DNA of 64,000 bases from an uncultured Gammaproteobacteria bacterium (GTDB lineage: Bacteria > Patescibacteriota > Microgenomatia > CAZETR01 > Amesbacteraceae). Positions 1 to 10,071 of the stretch are shown here, in pieces. The DNA lies in assembly GCA_964518565.1 (NCBI GenBank), contig CAZFGX010000001.1:267046-331045 (forward strand), in the 5' to 3' direction. The notes beneath the pieces were generated by a model. The model worked only from the letters and a program-made list of their open reading frames with translations. It did not search any database and was not told the DNA's origin. Every line of letters begins with the position of its first letter. Positions within the stretch are counted from its first letter, which is position 1. The position numbers were made by a program, and so were the translations under genes.

Positions 1-605
1 TCGTTGTGGTTGGTTATAAGCGAAATCGAGGTAAGGGTAGTGCGGTCAGGTTTGGTATGTCAAAAGCGAATGGCTCAATTATTGCTTCCGTAGATGCTGG
101 TGATGATTTAAGTCCGGAAGGTTTGGATATGATGCTCGCCCACTTTTACTGGTATAAAGCAGACATCGTTGTTGGATCAAAACGCCACTCAGCATCAAAA
201 GTTACTTATCCTTGGCAAAGGCGAATAATGTCATTTGGATATCAATGGATAGTTCGGATTCTATTTGGTTTAAAAGTAAGAGATACACAAGTGGGTATGA
301 AAATTTACAAGAAGCAAGTGTTAGATGCTTTATTACCTAGACTATTAGTAAAACAGTATGCATTTGATATTGAAATGCTATCCGTCGCAAACTACCTAGG
401 ATTTAGTCGTATATATGAAGCACCAATAGAATTAAGACTAGATTTTAATAAATCTTCTTCGATAGTCTCGAAAGGATTTTTAAGAACGATTAGTAAAATG
501 CTAAAAGATACTTGCGCTGTATTTTATAGACTTAAAATTACCAAATATTATGACGAAAACAATATGATCAACTGGCACACTGATGTATATCCAGATGAGA
601 TATAA
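1..605 (+). CDS. GT2 glycosyltransferase, polyprenol-phosphate sugar synthase (DPM/DPG synthase)-like; 5' end outside window
   Basis: NRGKGSAVRFG, DAGDD, VGSKR, RDTQVGMK, YAFDIEML motifs; frame is open to the window edge. Confidence 0.85.
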   Translation, partial: VVVGYKRNRGKGSAVRFGMSKANGSIIASVDAGDDLSPEGLDMMLAHFYWYKADIVVGSKRHSASKVTYPWQRRIMSFGYQWIVRILFGLKVRDTQVGMKIYKKQVLDALLPRLLVKQYAFDIEMLSVANYLGFSRIYEAPIELRLDFNKSSSIVSKGFLRTISKMLKDTCAVFYRLKITKYYDENNMINWHTDVYPDEI

Positions 606-2451
606 AGCGGTTGTTATTTCAATATTTATTATTCTCTTAATAAGAGGATTAGGGAATGTAAGCGCAAATGATGAATACGTATCTATTGTAAATCCAGTAA
701 GAATAGCTCCATATACTAAAAACGTTGAAAACAACATTAAAGCTCAGTATTCAATTCTTAATCGTCTATCGCTGTCAGGAACCTGGCTTGTGACCTACGA
801 TGTTCTATTATCAAAATCAGCCGTATTAGAGTTAAAAAAAATTTCCAAAAATCAAGAATTGGGAATTTTTTTAGAGATTACACCTAAGCTTGCTGCTGAC
901 GCAAATATAAATTATCACAATTTAGGGTCTTGGCATTTTTCAAATAGCATCTTTTTGTCAGGCTATTCGCAGAAAGACAGACAAGAATATGTCGATCTAA
1001 TTTTTAAAGAATTTAAAAGTAAATTTGGTTATTACCCTAAATCAATTGGCTCATGGTGGACGGATTCGTTTTCCCTTGCATATATTAAACAAAAATATCC
1101 AAGTGTAATCGCAAATCTTGTGTGCTCAGATCAGCAGGATACAGATAATTACACAATAAGAGGTCAATATTGGTCAACCCCGTATTATCCTAGTAAATGG
1201 CATGCAGCAACTCCCGCTCAAACATTAGAAAACAAGTTAGACATTGTAAATATACAATGGGCATCCAGAGATCCTGGACATGGATTTGAAAACAGCCGAT
1301 ATAGTACTCAAGACTATTTTACAATAGACAAACTTTCTCAAAACTATTTTGAATATCTAGTTCAAACTTATACACAAAAAAAACAAAATCCATTTAGTCA
1401 TATAGTAGTTGGATTAGAGTCAGATTTTTCACCCGAGGTATACAGTAATCAATTTAAGAAACAAATGGAATATGTATCAAAAATAAAATCCAAAGACAAT
1501 ATAAAAGTAATTACTATGTCTGAATTTTCAAGTTGGTACAGAAAAAAGTTTCCAGATTTATCACCAAAACATGATATTTCGGCCTTAAACTATTTCGACT
1601 CAAAAGAAATACTTCACTGGGTAAACACAAAATACTATCGAGTTGGATATGTTATAAAAAATAGACAAATAAGTATTAGAAGTCTAATTGCATATTCTGA
1701 GAAAAACAGAGAACCATACTTCAGCTCCATTAATACAAATAAAAATCTCGATATCTATATTCCTTCAATAGTAGATGAAGTAAGAAACAAAGAAGAAAAA
1801 TGGACTCTTCCTATTGGTGCTGTATTATTTACCGGAGAAAGTGAAATTGCGATAGCGAATATTTCTGAAAAAGACATACCGAAAGCAATAAGCAATAATA
1901 ATCAAATAAAAATACAAAAGATTTCTACAGGATTTAAAATAGACTTTACTGGTAAATCAATTTATTCAGGAAACGGAAAAATAATTTCTGGGCTCTCAAG
2001 CGAGTCGAAACACTTCTTAAATCAGAAAAAGGCAATATTATTACTTTTAAATCCATCAAATTGGAAAATGTTAAATACGAAGGAATTTGTTGTATCCCAG
2101 GGTGAGATAGAAGCTCTCGAGTATTTAAAAAATAAGCAAAGAGGAAGAATTTTAGTTGAAAATAATGAATGTCTACAATGCGGTTGGTCAACTGGAATTC
2201 AACCTGCTGTTTTTGCAAACAACCGAGGATATATAAATGAAATCACGCATATGAAAGTAATAAAGGACAAAAAAATATTTGATTCAATAAATAGACAAGA
2301 GGCTAAAAAAGAATTAGAAACATTACAAATTAAATATATTTACTTAATTAAAACTGAAAATTATATTGAATCGCTTCCGTTTTCACCTGGAGATTTAGGT
2401 GTACGAAAAATATTTGAAAATGCAAATGCACAGATTTGGGAAAAAGAGTAA
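595..2451 (+). CDS. Exported/membrane-anchored protein with carbohydrate esterase or glycoside hydrolase-like N-terminal domain
   Basis: N-terminal signal/TM from ATG 595; GTWLVTYD, ELGIFLE, FKSKFGYYPKSIGSWW pattern resembles NodB/GH57-like barrels; function is inferred. Confidence 0.5.
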   Translation: MRYKAVVISIFIILLIRGLGNVSANDEYVSIVNPVRIAPYTKNVENNIKAQYSILNRLSLSGTWLVTYDVLLSKSAVLELKKISKNQELGIFLEITPKLAADANINYHNLGSWHFSNSIFLSGYSQKDRQEYVDLIFKEFKSKFGYYPKSIGSWWTDSFSLAYIKQKYPSVIANLVCSDQQDTDNYTIRGQYWSTPYYPSKWHAATPAQTLENKLDIVNIQWASRDPGHGFENSRYSTQDYFTIDKLSQNYFEYLVQTYTQKKQNPFSHIVVGLESDFSPEVYSNQFKKQMEYVSKIKSKDNIKVITMSEFSSWYRKKFPDLSPKHDISALNYFDSKEILHWVNTKYYRVGYVIKNRQISIRSLIAYSEKNREPYFSSINTNKNLDIYIPSIVDEVRNKEEKWTLPIGAVLFTGESEIAIANISEKDIPKAISNNNQIKIQKISTGFKIDFTGKSIYSGNGKIISGLSSESKHFLNQKKAILLLLNPSNWKMLNTKEFVVSQGEIEALEYLKNKQRGRILVENNECLQCGWSTGIQPAVFANNRGYINEITHMKVIKDKKIFDSINRQEAKKELETLQIKYIYLIKTENYIESLPFSPGDLGVRKIFENANAQIWEKE

Positions 2452-2461
2452 ACTCTTATTT

Positions 2462-3241
2462 ATGAAAAAAATTGCATTAATTACAGGATATTCATCAGAT
2501 ATTGGTCAAGAAGTTGCTGAGCTTTTATCTCAAAAAATTAAGGTCATTGCAACCAGTAGGAAAAAATTAATATGTAAAGAAAAACATAATATAGAAATAA
2601 TTAAATTAGATATAACGAATGAAATAAGTTGCAATAATTTAAAAAAATTTTTAAAAAAAAATAATTATCAAATTGATATATTAATTAACATAGTTGGTCA
2701 CTCAATTAGTGGTCCTTGTGATTTTTACGACTCAAAAACATTCAACAATCTTTTTAATGTTAATGTGTTAGGTGCATTTAGATTAATGCAGTTAGCTATT
2801 CCTGATATGAAATTAAACAATTCAGGCAGAATAATAAATATTGCCTCAATGAATTCATATTTTTTTAATCCTTATTACTCTATATACTGCGCAACTAAAG
2901 CAGCATTGTTAGCATATAGTTACGCCACAAGTGTAGAATTGCAAAAATTTAACATTCATATAACTACAATTCTCCCTGGTGCGTTGAGTTCGAATAAAAA
3001 TAATAAATCCACCATGACTCACAAATCAGCCCGTGAATCATTTTTTTTACTTAAATGGTTTTTACCACTGACTAATCCAAAAAAAATTGCCGAGAAAATT
3101 TTAGAATCTATTATGTCCAGCAAAATAAATCCAATAATAATTGTTGGTAGAGATGCCAAACTGGTATATTTATTGCAACGAATATTGCCAAACAAGATTT
3201 GGTTTAATATCCAAAAAACAATATGGTCTTCTCAAAAATAA
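2462..3241 (+). CDS. Classical short-chain dehydrogenase/reductase
   Basis: MKKIALITGYSSDIG Rossmann start, GRIINIAS, YCATK; start moved to ATG 2462. Confidence 0.88.
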   Translation: MKKIALITGYSSDIGQEVAELLSQKIKVIATSRKKLICKEKHNIEIIKLDITNEISCNNLKKFLKKNNYQIDILINIVGHSISGPCDFYDSKTFNNLFNVNVLGAFRLMQLAIPDMKLNNSGRIINIASMNSYFFNPYYSIYCATKAALLAYSYATSVELQKFNIHITTILPGALSSNKNNKSTMTHKSARESFFLLKWFLPLTNPKKIAEKILESIMSSKINPIIIVGRDAKLVYLLQRILPNKIWFNIQKTIWSSQK

Positions 3242-4251
3242 ATCTTCCTACTATATCAGTTGTTATTCCTACATATGACGGTTCACTTGAAACGCTTGAA
3301 GATTGTCTTAAACGTCTACGACAGCAAGATTATCCTCAATCTAAAATCGAAGTAATCTTCGGCCATGGCGGCAAAAAACAAACAATTGAACCTATTGCAA
3401 AAAAATTTAATGCTAAATTTAAATTAATACCCCCAGCAATCCAAAATGCTGAATATAACCGTGGTGTAGCGTTTAATCAAGCCACTAAAGACTTAGTACT
3501 AATATTAGACCATGATAATCTTATGCCCACAAACAACTATTTAAATGAAATTGTTGAGCCTTTTTTAGAAATAAATGATTTGGTAGCAGTTGAAAGTTGT
3601 TATTTCCACTATAGTAAGCAATACTCTCCACTAGATAGATACTACGCCTTAATAGGCACTCTCGATCCTATACCATACTATTTGGGCAAGGCAGACAGAC
3701 TCTCTCAGAGTTCAAATAAATGGAACTTATTGGGATCTTCAATTGATAAAGGTAGGTATTATTTAGTTACATTTGAAAAAGATCCCAGAAAAATACCTAC
3801 TGTGGGAACAAACGGCTGTTTGATGAACAGAAAGTTAGTTTGCAAAAATGCAAACGTTACTCCAGAATTTCATTTCCCCATTGATGTAATGGTTGATGTA
3901 ATCGCCTCCGGACATAATAAATTTGCTTTTGTAAAAAACTCATTAATTCATCTTACTGGGTCACGAGGAGTTATTGAGTTTCTTCGTCGCAGATGGAAGT
4001 TTGTACAGAAATATCATTTCGAAGATGCTGGTAGACGTAGATATAGTGTTTTTATGCCTGGAGATGAGTTACAGCTCATAAAGTTTTCCATTTATAGTAT
4101 TACTCTGGTAAAACCATTGTTGGATAGCATAAAAGGATATCTATTAATAAAAGATTATGCCTGGTTTATACACCCAATCATGTGCTTAGGAATTTTTGTT
4201 ATTTATACGACTGGAACAACTAAAAACTTCATAAAAAGATGGATATTTTAA
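3223..4251 (+). CDS. GT2 glycosyltransferase
   Basis: ISVVIPTY, LILDHD (DxD), C-terminal hydrophobic segments. Confidence 0.88.
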   Translation: MVFSKINLPTISVVIPTYDGSLETLEDCLKRLRQQDYPQSKIEVIFGHGGKKQTIEPIAKKFNAKFKLIPPAIQNAEYNRGVAFNQATKDLVLILDHDNLMPTNNYLNEIVEPFLEINDLVAVESCYFHYSKQYSPLDRYYALIGTLDPIPYYLGKADRLSQSSNKWNLLGSSIDKGRYYLVTFEKDPRKIPTVGTNGCLMNRKLVCKNANVTPEFHFPIDVMVDVIASGHNKFAFVKNSLIHLTGSRGVIEFLRRRWKFVQKYHFEDAGRRRYSVFMPGDELQLIKFSIYSITLVKPLLDSIKGYLLIKDYAWFIHPIMCLGIFVIYTTGTTKNFIKRWIF

Positions 4252-5351
4252 TTCTAAATTGGAAAGATATTCATCATCCGCAAGTTGGGGGAGCTGAAAT
4301 TATTGTTTACGAGCTGGCTAAAAGACTAGTAAAAGATGGTCACAAAGTAACATGGTTTTGTAGAAATTTTGTGAATGGTCTAAATATCGAGACTATTGAG
4401 GGGATAAATATAGTAAGAAAGGGAAATTTGTTAACTACATATTTATTTGCACCTTTGTATTATTGGTCGTTAAAGAAAAAACCAGATCTAGTAATCGATA
4501 TCTCTAACACGGTATATTGGCAATCTCCTTTGTGGGCATGGAAATCGAAAAAAATCGCCTATTTAAACCAATTAGCAAAAAATGTTTTTTTCTATGAATA
4601 TCCAGTAATTATTTCCAGAATTGGAATTTTATTTGAGAAATTACAATATCTAAGTTACAAAAAAACAAAATTTATTTGTTATGCTGAAAGTGTTAAAAAT
4701 GACTTAATTTCGATTGGGATACAAAGTAAAAATATATCTGTATTTACCCTAGGATTAGATCACGCACGTTATGTACCAGGGAGAAAATCTGAATCTCCCA
4801 TGCTTATTTGTGTAAATAGGCTAGTCAAAATGAAAAGGACCGATCTGGTAATAAAAGCTGTGGCATATTTAATAAAAAAGGTACCCAATCTTAAATTATT
4901 TATTGTTGGAACGGGATATGAACGAAAAAATCTTCAAATTCTTACAAATAAATTATTACTTGAAAAAAATATCTTTTTTGTAGATGAACACACGTGGTTT
5001 TTTAATAATAATCCTAAAGATAAAAAAGTAAATTTAATGCAACAGGCATGGGCATTAATATTTCCATCAGTAAAAGAAGGATGGGGGATGACGGTCACAG
5101 AATGTGCTGCTTGTGGAACACCCGCCATAGTGACAAACGTATCAGGTCTTGTTGATTCAGTAAAAAACAATTACTCAGGATTAGTTCTTTCTGAACATCC
5201 CTCACCTCTAGAATTATCAGAATCAATATACCAACTAATATCAAACAAGAAAAAACGTTTAGAATTATCCAAAAACGCAATCTCTTGGTCAAAAAAATTT
5301 TCCTGGGAAAAGAGTTATTCACAATTCAAAAAAAATATTTTTAACATATGA
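4239..5351 (+). CDS. GT4 glycosyltransferase
   Basis: HPQVGGAE N-terminus, PSVKEGWGMTVTE (EX7E). Confidence 0.92.
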   Translation: MDILILNWKDIHHPQVGGAEIIVYELAKRLVKDGHKVTWFCRNFVNGLNIETIEGINIVRKGNLLTTYLFAPLYYWSLKKKPDLVIDISNTVYWQSPLWAWKSKKIAYLNQLAKNVFFYEYPVIISRIGILFEKLQYLSYKKTKFICYAESVKNDLISIGIQSKNISVFTLGLDHARYVPGRKSESPMLICVNRLVKMKRTDLVIKAVAYLIKKVPNLKLFIVGTGYERKNLQILTNKLLLEKNIFFVDEHTWFFNNNPKDKKVNLMQQAWALIFPSVKEGWGMTVTECAACGTPAIVTNVSGLVDSVKNNYSGLVLSEHPSPLELSESIYQLISNKKKRLELSKNAISWSKKFSWEKSYSQFKKNIFNI

Positions 5352-6439
5352 GAGTATTAATTTTGTCTTGGAGAGGTCCAAGCCATCCCCTAGCTGGAGG
5401 AGCTGAACAGGCTACATGGACACATGCAAAATCGTGGACAAAGGCTGGGCATGACATAACAATTTTCACATCTTCATTCCCCAAGTCAAAAGAAACAGAA
5501 TTAATTGATGGTATTAAAATTCTGAGGAAGGGGGATCAGTATTTTGGGGTAAAAATTCAAGCATTCTTTTGGTATCTAAAACACAGATCTTATTTTGACT
5601 TGGTAGTTGATGAGTTTCACGGCATACCCTTTTTCACTCCTTTATATGTAAAAGTAAAAATATTGGCATTTATCCATGAAACTGGCACGCAAGTATGGGC
5701 ACTGAATTTTTGGCCATTCCCCTTAAATCTTTTACCTAAAATTTTTGGCCCATTGGTAGAAAATAGTACTTTTAAGTTTTTATATAGAAATATTCCCTTT
5801 ATGACGGTTTCAAAATCAACAAAATTAGATTTAATGAAATTTAATATTAATAACATTTCTGTAGTACCAAATGGAGTTACTGGTCCCAAAAAAATAAAGA
5901 AATTAACCAAATCAAAAATTTTTACAATTATATACTTATCAGCATTAGCCCAGGATAAGGGAACAGAAGATGCAATTAAAGCTTTTGAACTCATTCATGA
6001 TCAGATACCTACTATTCAATTTTGGATTGTAGGCAAATCAGAGCCTAAATATTTAGAATATTTAAAATCGCTTTCAAAATTACCAAAATATTTTGGTTAT
6101 GTAAGCGAACAGGAAAAATTTAATTTGTTAAGTCAATCAAGTATATTAATTTTTCCGTCGTTTCATGAAGGTTGGGGTTTAGTAAATATTGAAGCGAATA
6201 TATTTGGAGTTCCAGTAGTTGGCTATAACGTTTCAGGTACTAAAGACTCAGTTATAAATAACAAAACAGGAATATTATGCCCTAAGGGTGATGTCAATGG
6301 ATTGGCAAATTCATGCATAGAATTATATAAAGACAAAAAAAAGTACAATTTTCTAGCTAAAAATGCAAAAAAATGGGCAAATAAATTCAATTGGGAAAAC
6401 TCCACTAAAAAAAGTTTATTGCTTATTCAATCACTATAA
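5348..6439 (+). CDS. GT4 glycosyltransferase (paralogue of upstream gene)
   Basis: HPLAGGAE, PSFHEGWGLVNIE; ATGA overlap. Confidence 0.92.
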   Translation: MRVLILSWRGPSHPLAGGAEQATWTHAKSWTKAGHDITIFTSSFPKSKETELIDGIKILRKGDQYFGVKIQAFFWYLKHRSYFDLVVDEFHGIPFFTPLYVKVKILAFIHETGTQVWALNFWPFPLNLLPKIFGPLVENSTFKFLYRNIPFMTVSKSTKLDLMKFNINNISVVPNGVTGPKKIKKLTKSKIFTIIYLSALAQDKGTEDAIKAFELIHDQIPTIQFWIVGKSEPKYLEYLKSLSKLPKYFGYVSEQEKFNLLSQSSILIFPSFHEGWGLVNIEANIFGVPVVGYNVSGTKDSVINNKTGILCPKGDVNGLANSCIELYKDKKKYNFLAKNAKKWANKFNWENSTKKSLLLIQSL

Positions 6440-7443
6440 TGTCTTCAAATGAAAGGTTGCAGGAAAATCGCTCTGTTCAAATTATAGAAAAAAAAGTTAA
6501 TCATGATGGCACAATAGAAATCTTGATTAGTCACGATCAAGCAACTTATCAACTTGTTTGGGAGAATTCATATACTGGTCAAGTATTAAATCCTGACTTG
6601 GATATAGAAGATTTTATAAAAGGTAATAAAAATCCAGAAATCAATCGGAACAAACGAAAACTCTTATTTGGTGTAAATGCAAATGGTAGATGTTCGTTCG
6701 AATGTATCGGATGTTCGTTTGCCAATACCCGAATGAGAAATGTGTATAAAACCGAAAATCAAGAAAGCATGAGACTAGCTAAGCCGGTTAGTCCAGATCT
6801 TCAGCTGAAACTTATGGAAAAAGCCGAAGAACTCGTATTGCATTCAAACATGGAAAACAAATTAAATCTCTATGGTTGCGGAGCTCTACTGTCTGGAGAT
6901 AGTGCTACACATCCGCAATTGGAAGAATTAATACTCACTGTTGCAACAAGAACCAATTGTATATCGTCCCGATGGTCTTCAATTGCTCCTGCTTCAACAA
7001 AGAATGTCTTGGCTAGATTTGCTACAGCAAGTGAAATAATAAAACAAAAAAATGTACAGCATACTGCTAGTTTTCAAATATCTTTACATAGTACAGATCC
7101 TTCTGAAAGGGCACGACATGTAGGAACTAATAAATTGATTGATATGGATACGATAAATTATCAGGCAAAAAATATTTATAGTATTTCACAACGTAAACTA
7201 ACGATAGCTTTTGTTACACATAGAAATAGTGTAATTGAACCTGAAGTTATTGCTAGTTATTTTAATCCAGTTCATACAATGATCTCGTTAAGACCTATGA
7301 TAAACACGAGCTGGGAAATGGAAAAAGAGCGTTTTCTACATCTTTACAGATCAATTAGGGAAAAAGGATTTGATGTGGTGTATATACCTGCAAGTCAAAG
7401 TGGGGCAGAATTAGACAATCTTCGGATGGTAAATCCCCAATAA
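6439..7443 (+). CDS. Radical SAM protein, divergent RlmN/Cfr-like
   Basis: CSFECIGC (CxxxCxxC), NHDGT and FQISLHSTDPSER similar to RlmN motifs; the mechanistic cysteines are not found. Confidence 0.75.
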   Translation: MSSNERLQENRSVQIIEKKVNHDGTIEILISHDQATYQLVWENSYTGQVLNPDLDIEDFIKGNKNPEINRNKRKLLFGVNANGRCSFECIGCSFANTRMRNVYKTENQESMRLAKPVSPDLQLKLMEKAEELVLHSNMENKLNLYGCGALLSGDSATHPQLEELILTVATRTNCISSRWSSIAPASTKNVLARFATASEIIKQKNVQHTASFQISLHSTDPSERARHVGTNKLIDMDTINYQAKNIYSISQRKLTIAFVTHRNSVIEPEVIASYFNPVHTMISLRPMINTSWEMEKERFLHLYRSIREKGFDVVYIPASQSGAELDNLRMVNPQ

Positions 7444-8199
7444 GACTTTTGATGCGGTCCAAATAATATTCCAGTTCGCCTTAATGCCTAAAATTTTTGT
7501 CGGAACAGTCCCGGTAATGGGATAGCTTCTAATAGCAGGTATCTCAATAGTTTTATATCCCAGTTGAGTTGTTCTGACTGTAAGATAAAACAATAGTTCA
7601 TATCTAACAAATACATTTCTAAATAATAAAATATCTTGGTCAAAAAAAATTTGTCTAGAAAAAGCTCTAAAACCATTCGAAGTGTCTGTATACCACTTTC
7701 CTGCAGCTAAACTAAGTATGGGAGACAAAATAAATCGAATCCCAATTAAGCGAGCAAAAGGAGTGTTGACGGCTTTTCCTCCTTTGATAAATCTTGAAGC
7801 TTGTATGTAGTCAAATCCATTCGCTAAGTATGTAATAAATTTTGGAATTGTTTGTGGACTATCTTTACCATTTCCATCCATTGTAATAACACCTTGATAA
7901 TCTTGATCCATTGCATATGCAAACGCCATTCGGAGTTGTGTTCCCAACTTACCATTACTTGTCTTCGTCAAAAGTGTTCTTACTCCACATTTGCGCAGAA
8001 AAGATTTTTGAGTTGATCCATCTGAGCTACCACCGTCAGCAATAATAATGTCAACCAGAGACAAATATGGCTTTAAAGAAGCAAGTTGTTTTTTGAATTT
8101 TTCACCCTCATTAATGATCGGAATAATTAAACAGTATTTCCTTTTTTTCTTAAAAAATTCATGAATTGTAAAACTTGGAAGTTCTCTTGTAAGACGCAT
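7411..8199 (-). CDS. GT2 glycosyltransferase, polyprenol-phosphate sugar synthase-like
   Basis: IIPIINEG, ADGGSSDG, MDGNGKD, ASRFIKGG, TDTSNGFRA; ATG at 8199 follows a TATAAT box. Confidence 0.88.
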   Translation of the reverse strand: MRLTRELPSFTIHEFFKKKRKYCLIIPIINEGEKFKKQLASLKPYLSLVDIIIADGGSSDGSTQKSFLRKCGVRTLLTKTSNGKLGTQLRMAFAYAMDQDYQGVITMDGNGKDSPQTIPKFITYLANGFDYIQASRFIKGGKAVNTPFARLIGIRFILSPILSLAAGKWYTDTSNGFRAFSRQIFFDQDILLFRNVFVRYELLFYLTVRTTQLGYKTIEIPAIRSYPITGTVPTKILGIKANWNIIWTASKVLLGIYHPKIV

Positions 8200-8261
8200 A
8201 AGCAAATTATAATCTATAAAAAACTTTACATATGTTCAAATCGTGATATATAGTAATGTTT
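8200..8261. promoter_or_regulatory. Divergent promoter region, probably leaderless
   Basis: Minus-strand TATAAT (8206-8211) 6 nt before ATG 8199; plus-strand TTTACA (8225-8230) N18 TATAGT (8249-8254), 7 nt before ATG 8262. Confidence 0.55.
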
Positions 8262-9302
8262 ATGAAAGTTTTAGTAACAGGCGGATGTGGTTTTGCCGGA
8301 ACGCATATTTGCGAACATTATAAAAAAAATGGCGCTACAGTTTATGCATATGATAATTTAACAAAATTTGAATTACGCCGAACCGGATACTCTACAGAAA
8401 AAGCTCGATTTCACAATGTAGATTACTTAAAACAAATTGGAGTAGAAATAATAAAAGAAGATATTTGTGACAAGCAAACGATTGAGCAATATATCCAAAA
8501 ATCAGATTACGTCATCCATACGGCTGCCCAGCCAGCAATGACCATTTCCTGGGAGGACCCAGAATTAGACTTCAATACAAACGTTGTCGGCACATTCAAT
8601 ATTTTAAATGCAGCTAGAAAGTTCAAAAAACCAACAGTGTCATGTGCCACAGTTCACATTTATGGAAATAAAATAAATGAAGAGGTTGAAGAAGGTGAGA
8701 CTCAATATATTCGAAAACCCGCAGCAATAGATGAAAACCATCAGTTAGTTGAAGGTACACTAACACCGCTCCATGCTTCAAAACATACGTTAGATTTATA
8801 CACTAGAGTATTTATTGACACATACAATTTACCAATTGCCTCGTTTAGACTTACGGGTTTATACGGATCCAGACAATTTGGTGGCGAAGATCATGGATGG
8901 GTGGCAAATTTTGCAATTCGATCCGTTATGGATTACCCATTAACTATTTTTGGGACAGGCAAGCAAGTGAGAGATATTTTACATATATCCGATTTGGTCA
9001 ATGCATTCGATTGCTTTTATAAAAACCAAGTTCCAGGTGTTTACAATATTGGAGGAGGCAAAAAAACTATGATCTCATTGATTGAATGTATTCAACTAAT
9101 CGAAAAAATTCTGGGTAAAAAATCAGAAATTAAATATCAACCATCTCGAATGGGGGATTTAATATATTTCGTCTGTAATACAAAAAAAGCTCAAATAAAT
9201 TTAAATTGGTCACCAAAAATTAATCCAGAAAAAGGTGTAACGGAATTGGTTAATTGGGTTAAAAATAATAAAAACCTGTTTGAAATTTTAGATGCAAAGT
9301 AG
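8262..9302 (+). CDS. Extended SDR, CDP-paratose/tyvelose 2-epimerase (RfbE/TyvE)-like
   Basis: TGGCGFAG, AAQPAMTISWEDPELDFNTN, YGSRQFGGEDHGWV, GTGKQVRDILH; YxxxK reads LHASK; alternative start 8256. Confidence 0.8.
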   Translation: MKVLVTGGCGFAGTHICEHYKKNGATVYAYDNLTKFELRRTGYSTEKARFHNVDYLKQIGVEIIKEDICDKQTIEQYIQKSDYVIHTAAQPAMTISWEDPELDFNTNVVGTFNILNAARKFKKPTVSCATVHIYGNKINEEVEEGETQYIRKPAAIDENHQLVEGTLTPLHASKHTLDLYTRVFIDTYNLPIASFRLTGLYGSRQFGGEDHGWVANFAIRSVMDYPLTIFGTGKQVRDILHISDLVNAFDCFYKNQVPGVYNIGGGKKTMISLIECIQLIEKILGKKSEIKYQPSRMGDLIYFVCNTKKAQINLNWSPKINPEKGVTELVNWVKNNKNLFEILDAK

Positions 9303-10071
9303 GATACGTATTGGTGTAATTCCTGCTGCCGGATCTGGAAAGAGATTGGGATATTTGTCTGGCTTGCTACCAAAAACTCTATTCCCGGTCTATGATCGTC
9401 CAATCATCCACTATGTAGTTGATCAATTGCAATCAATGGGGGTAGAAGACATTTATATTATTGTAAATACATATAAAGAAAAAATAATTGAGTATTTCAA
9501 GCTTATTCAAATGGATCTCAGAGTCAATATCTACTTCATAGAACAAAAAACATTAAATGGTACTGGCGAAGCAATATTACTAGCAGAGAAATATATAAAA
9601 AAGGAACCATTTGTTGTTATGTACGGTGATGACTGTACAGTATCAGATTCACTTACCAGTATGGTAGATTCATTTTTTAAAAATAATCCGGTCGTTATGG
9701 AGGGAGTAGTAAAAGAAGAAGATCTCTCAATTCTTCGGCAAACATGTTCAGTAAAGCTTGGGAAAAATTTTAAAATGATCGAAATTGTCGAGAAGCCTGA
9801 GAATCCTCCATATCTAATGCGTGGATGCGGAGTATACATGTTCAGTTCACAAATTTTTACTGAAATTAGAAATACACCGGTGCACCCAATTAGAAAAGAG
9901 CGGGAAATAACATATACAATTAATCAACTTGCAAAATCAGGGCGAGCTTATGGTTTTGTAATAAATGGCAACAATATTAATATCAACAACTACGATGAAC
10001 TTTTAAAAGCAAGTCAACTTCTAAGGGAAAATAAGGCAAAAGCAAAAAAAGTTATCGAGGTATTATTTTAA
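9292..10071 (+). CDS. Sugar-1-phosphate nucleotidyltransferase (RmlA/GalU family)
   Basis: PAAGSGKRL..LPKTLFPVYDRPII, YGDD, VEKP, EREIT. Confidence 0.88.
   Translation: MQSRIRIGVIPAAGSGKRLGYLSGLLPKTLFPVYDRPIIHYVVDQLQSMGVEDIYIIVNTYKEKIIEYFKLIQMDLRVNIYFIEQKTLNGTGEAILLAEKYIKKEPFVVMYGDDCTVSDSLTSMVDSFFKNNPVVMEGVVKEEDLSILRQTCSVKLGKNFKMIEIVEKPENPPYLMRGCGVYMFSSQIFTEIRNTPVHPIRKEREITYTINQLAKSGRAYGFVINGNNININNYDELLKASQLLRENKAKAKKVIEVLF

Noticed and set aside
6439-7443. Calling this gene rlmN or cfr (antibiotic resistance)
   Set aside because: Both mechanistic cysteines and the MGMGEP motif are absent
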